From: Iphione sp. A-MEVVRFRX5
Taxonomy: Eukaryota
DNA: 64,000 nt
Reading direction: 5' to 3'
NCBI GenBank assembly: GCA_976226885.1
Contig: OZ320313.1
Location: 159,836,001-159,900,000 of the forward strand
Shown: piece by piece, positions 63,432-64,000 of the stretch
Position numbering within the stretch: the stretch's first letter is position 1
Layout of the letters: each line of letters opens with the position of its first letter
Position numbers and translations under genes: made by a program
The notes under the pieces: generated by a model
The model's input: the letters and a program-made list of their open reading frames with translations, nothing else
The model's database searches: none
What the model was told of the DNA's origin: nothing

Positions 63432-64000
63432 CGTGAAAGATTTAAAGAGTGTAGTCACACCGCCGAGACCCAAGCAAAAGTTTTAGTTCGCCCTCCCCCC
63501 TCCCCCCAACCCCCCCGTCTCCACGGGAGCAGATCAAAGGTGCTAGGGAGGGTTACGTTCGATGTCTTAAACAAGGCTAACTCAAAATGGAAGGTATTAC
63601 ATGCACTGGTACCCCTATCCTTGCGGTCGGATAGCCTGGGAGCTCCGCCTGCCATTTCGAAGAGCACAGTATATTTAAAGCACGTACTTATACGCGATGA
63701 TATAGTTGACACCTTTAATTCCTTTGCAGGAATTCAATATAGTCGTGGCCTACGTGGCTAGGGATTGGTGGCGTACCTCAGCCTGTACACTGATGGTGAT
63801 CATACACGTACACGCCTGGACCATGCCATAATACGTGATCGGACCTGATACTGTACAGCCGTCGTCATGCATGCTCAGATTCCTCGGCCCCACATGCCTC
63901 ACCGAGACTCCCCGTGGGAGCACTGGCGTGGCGTAAGGAAGCACACTATAGAGTCGAAAGTTACCAAGTTAATCATTGATTTATCGACAAACTGGCTTCA
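63432..64000 (+). pseudogene. Decayed frame running off the window end (~190 codons, 2 internal stops)
   Basis: Stops only at 63759 (TAG) and 63846 (TGA). Contains LSLYTDGD. Confidence 0.3.

Noticed and set aside
1-64000. Most short ORFs (60-130 aa) in the supplied track as genuine genes
   Set aside because: No recognisable domains. Many begin at TTG/GTG, overlap on both strands or arise from low-complexity tracts, as expected by chance in eukaryotic intergenic DNA.

Overview
Eukaryotic, almost certainly animal, genomic DNA. A marine invertebrate such as a lancelet is plausible: the TACATGTA motif is frequent and the LINEs are CR1/L2-group, but the taxon is an inference. I found no prokaryotic operons, CRISPR arrays, rRNA or tRNA genes, and no intact recognisable host gene. 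Firm features are two 5'-truncated CR1/L2-group LINE copies (RT ORF 36155-37990 with two stops and a poly(A) tail; RT C-terminus 11911-12594 with a (TTGAA)4 tail) and a 179-nt assembly gap. Three ~185-bp Tc1/mariner-type MITE-like elements, short tandem repeats and a probable solo LTR have moderate support. The least explained signal is a set of long, intron-less, stop-interrupted reading frames of about 190-290 codons (27.4 kb +, 35.3-35.8 kb -, 39.4-41.3 kb -, 43.6 kb +, 50.9-51.6 kb -, 57.6 kb +, 63.4 kb +). Two of them have a TATA box about 30 nt before the ATG. They may be decayed genes of an unrecognised large mobile element or endogenous DNA virus. No hallmark gene could be identified with certainty, and some of these frames could be chance.
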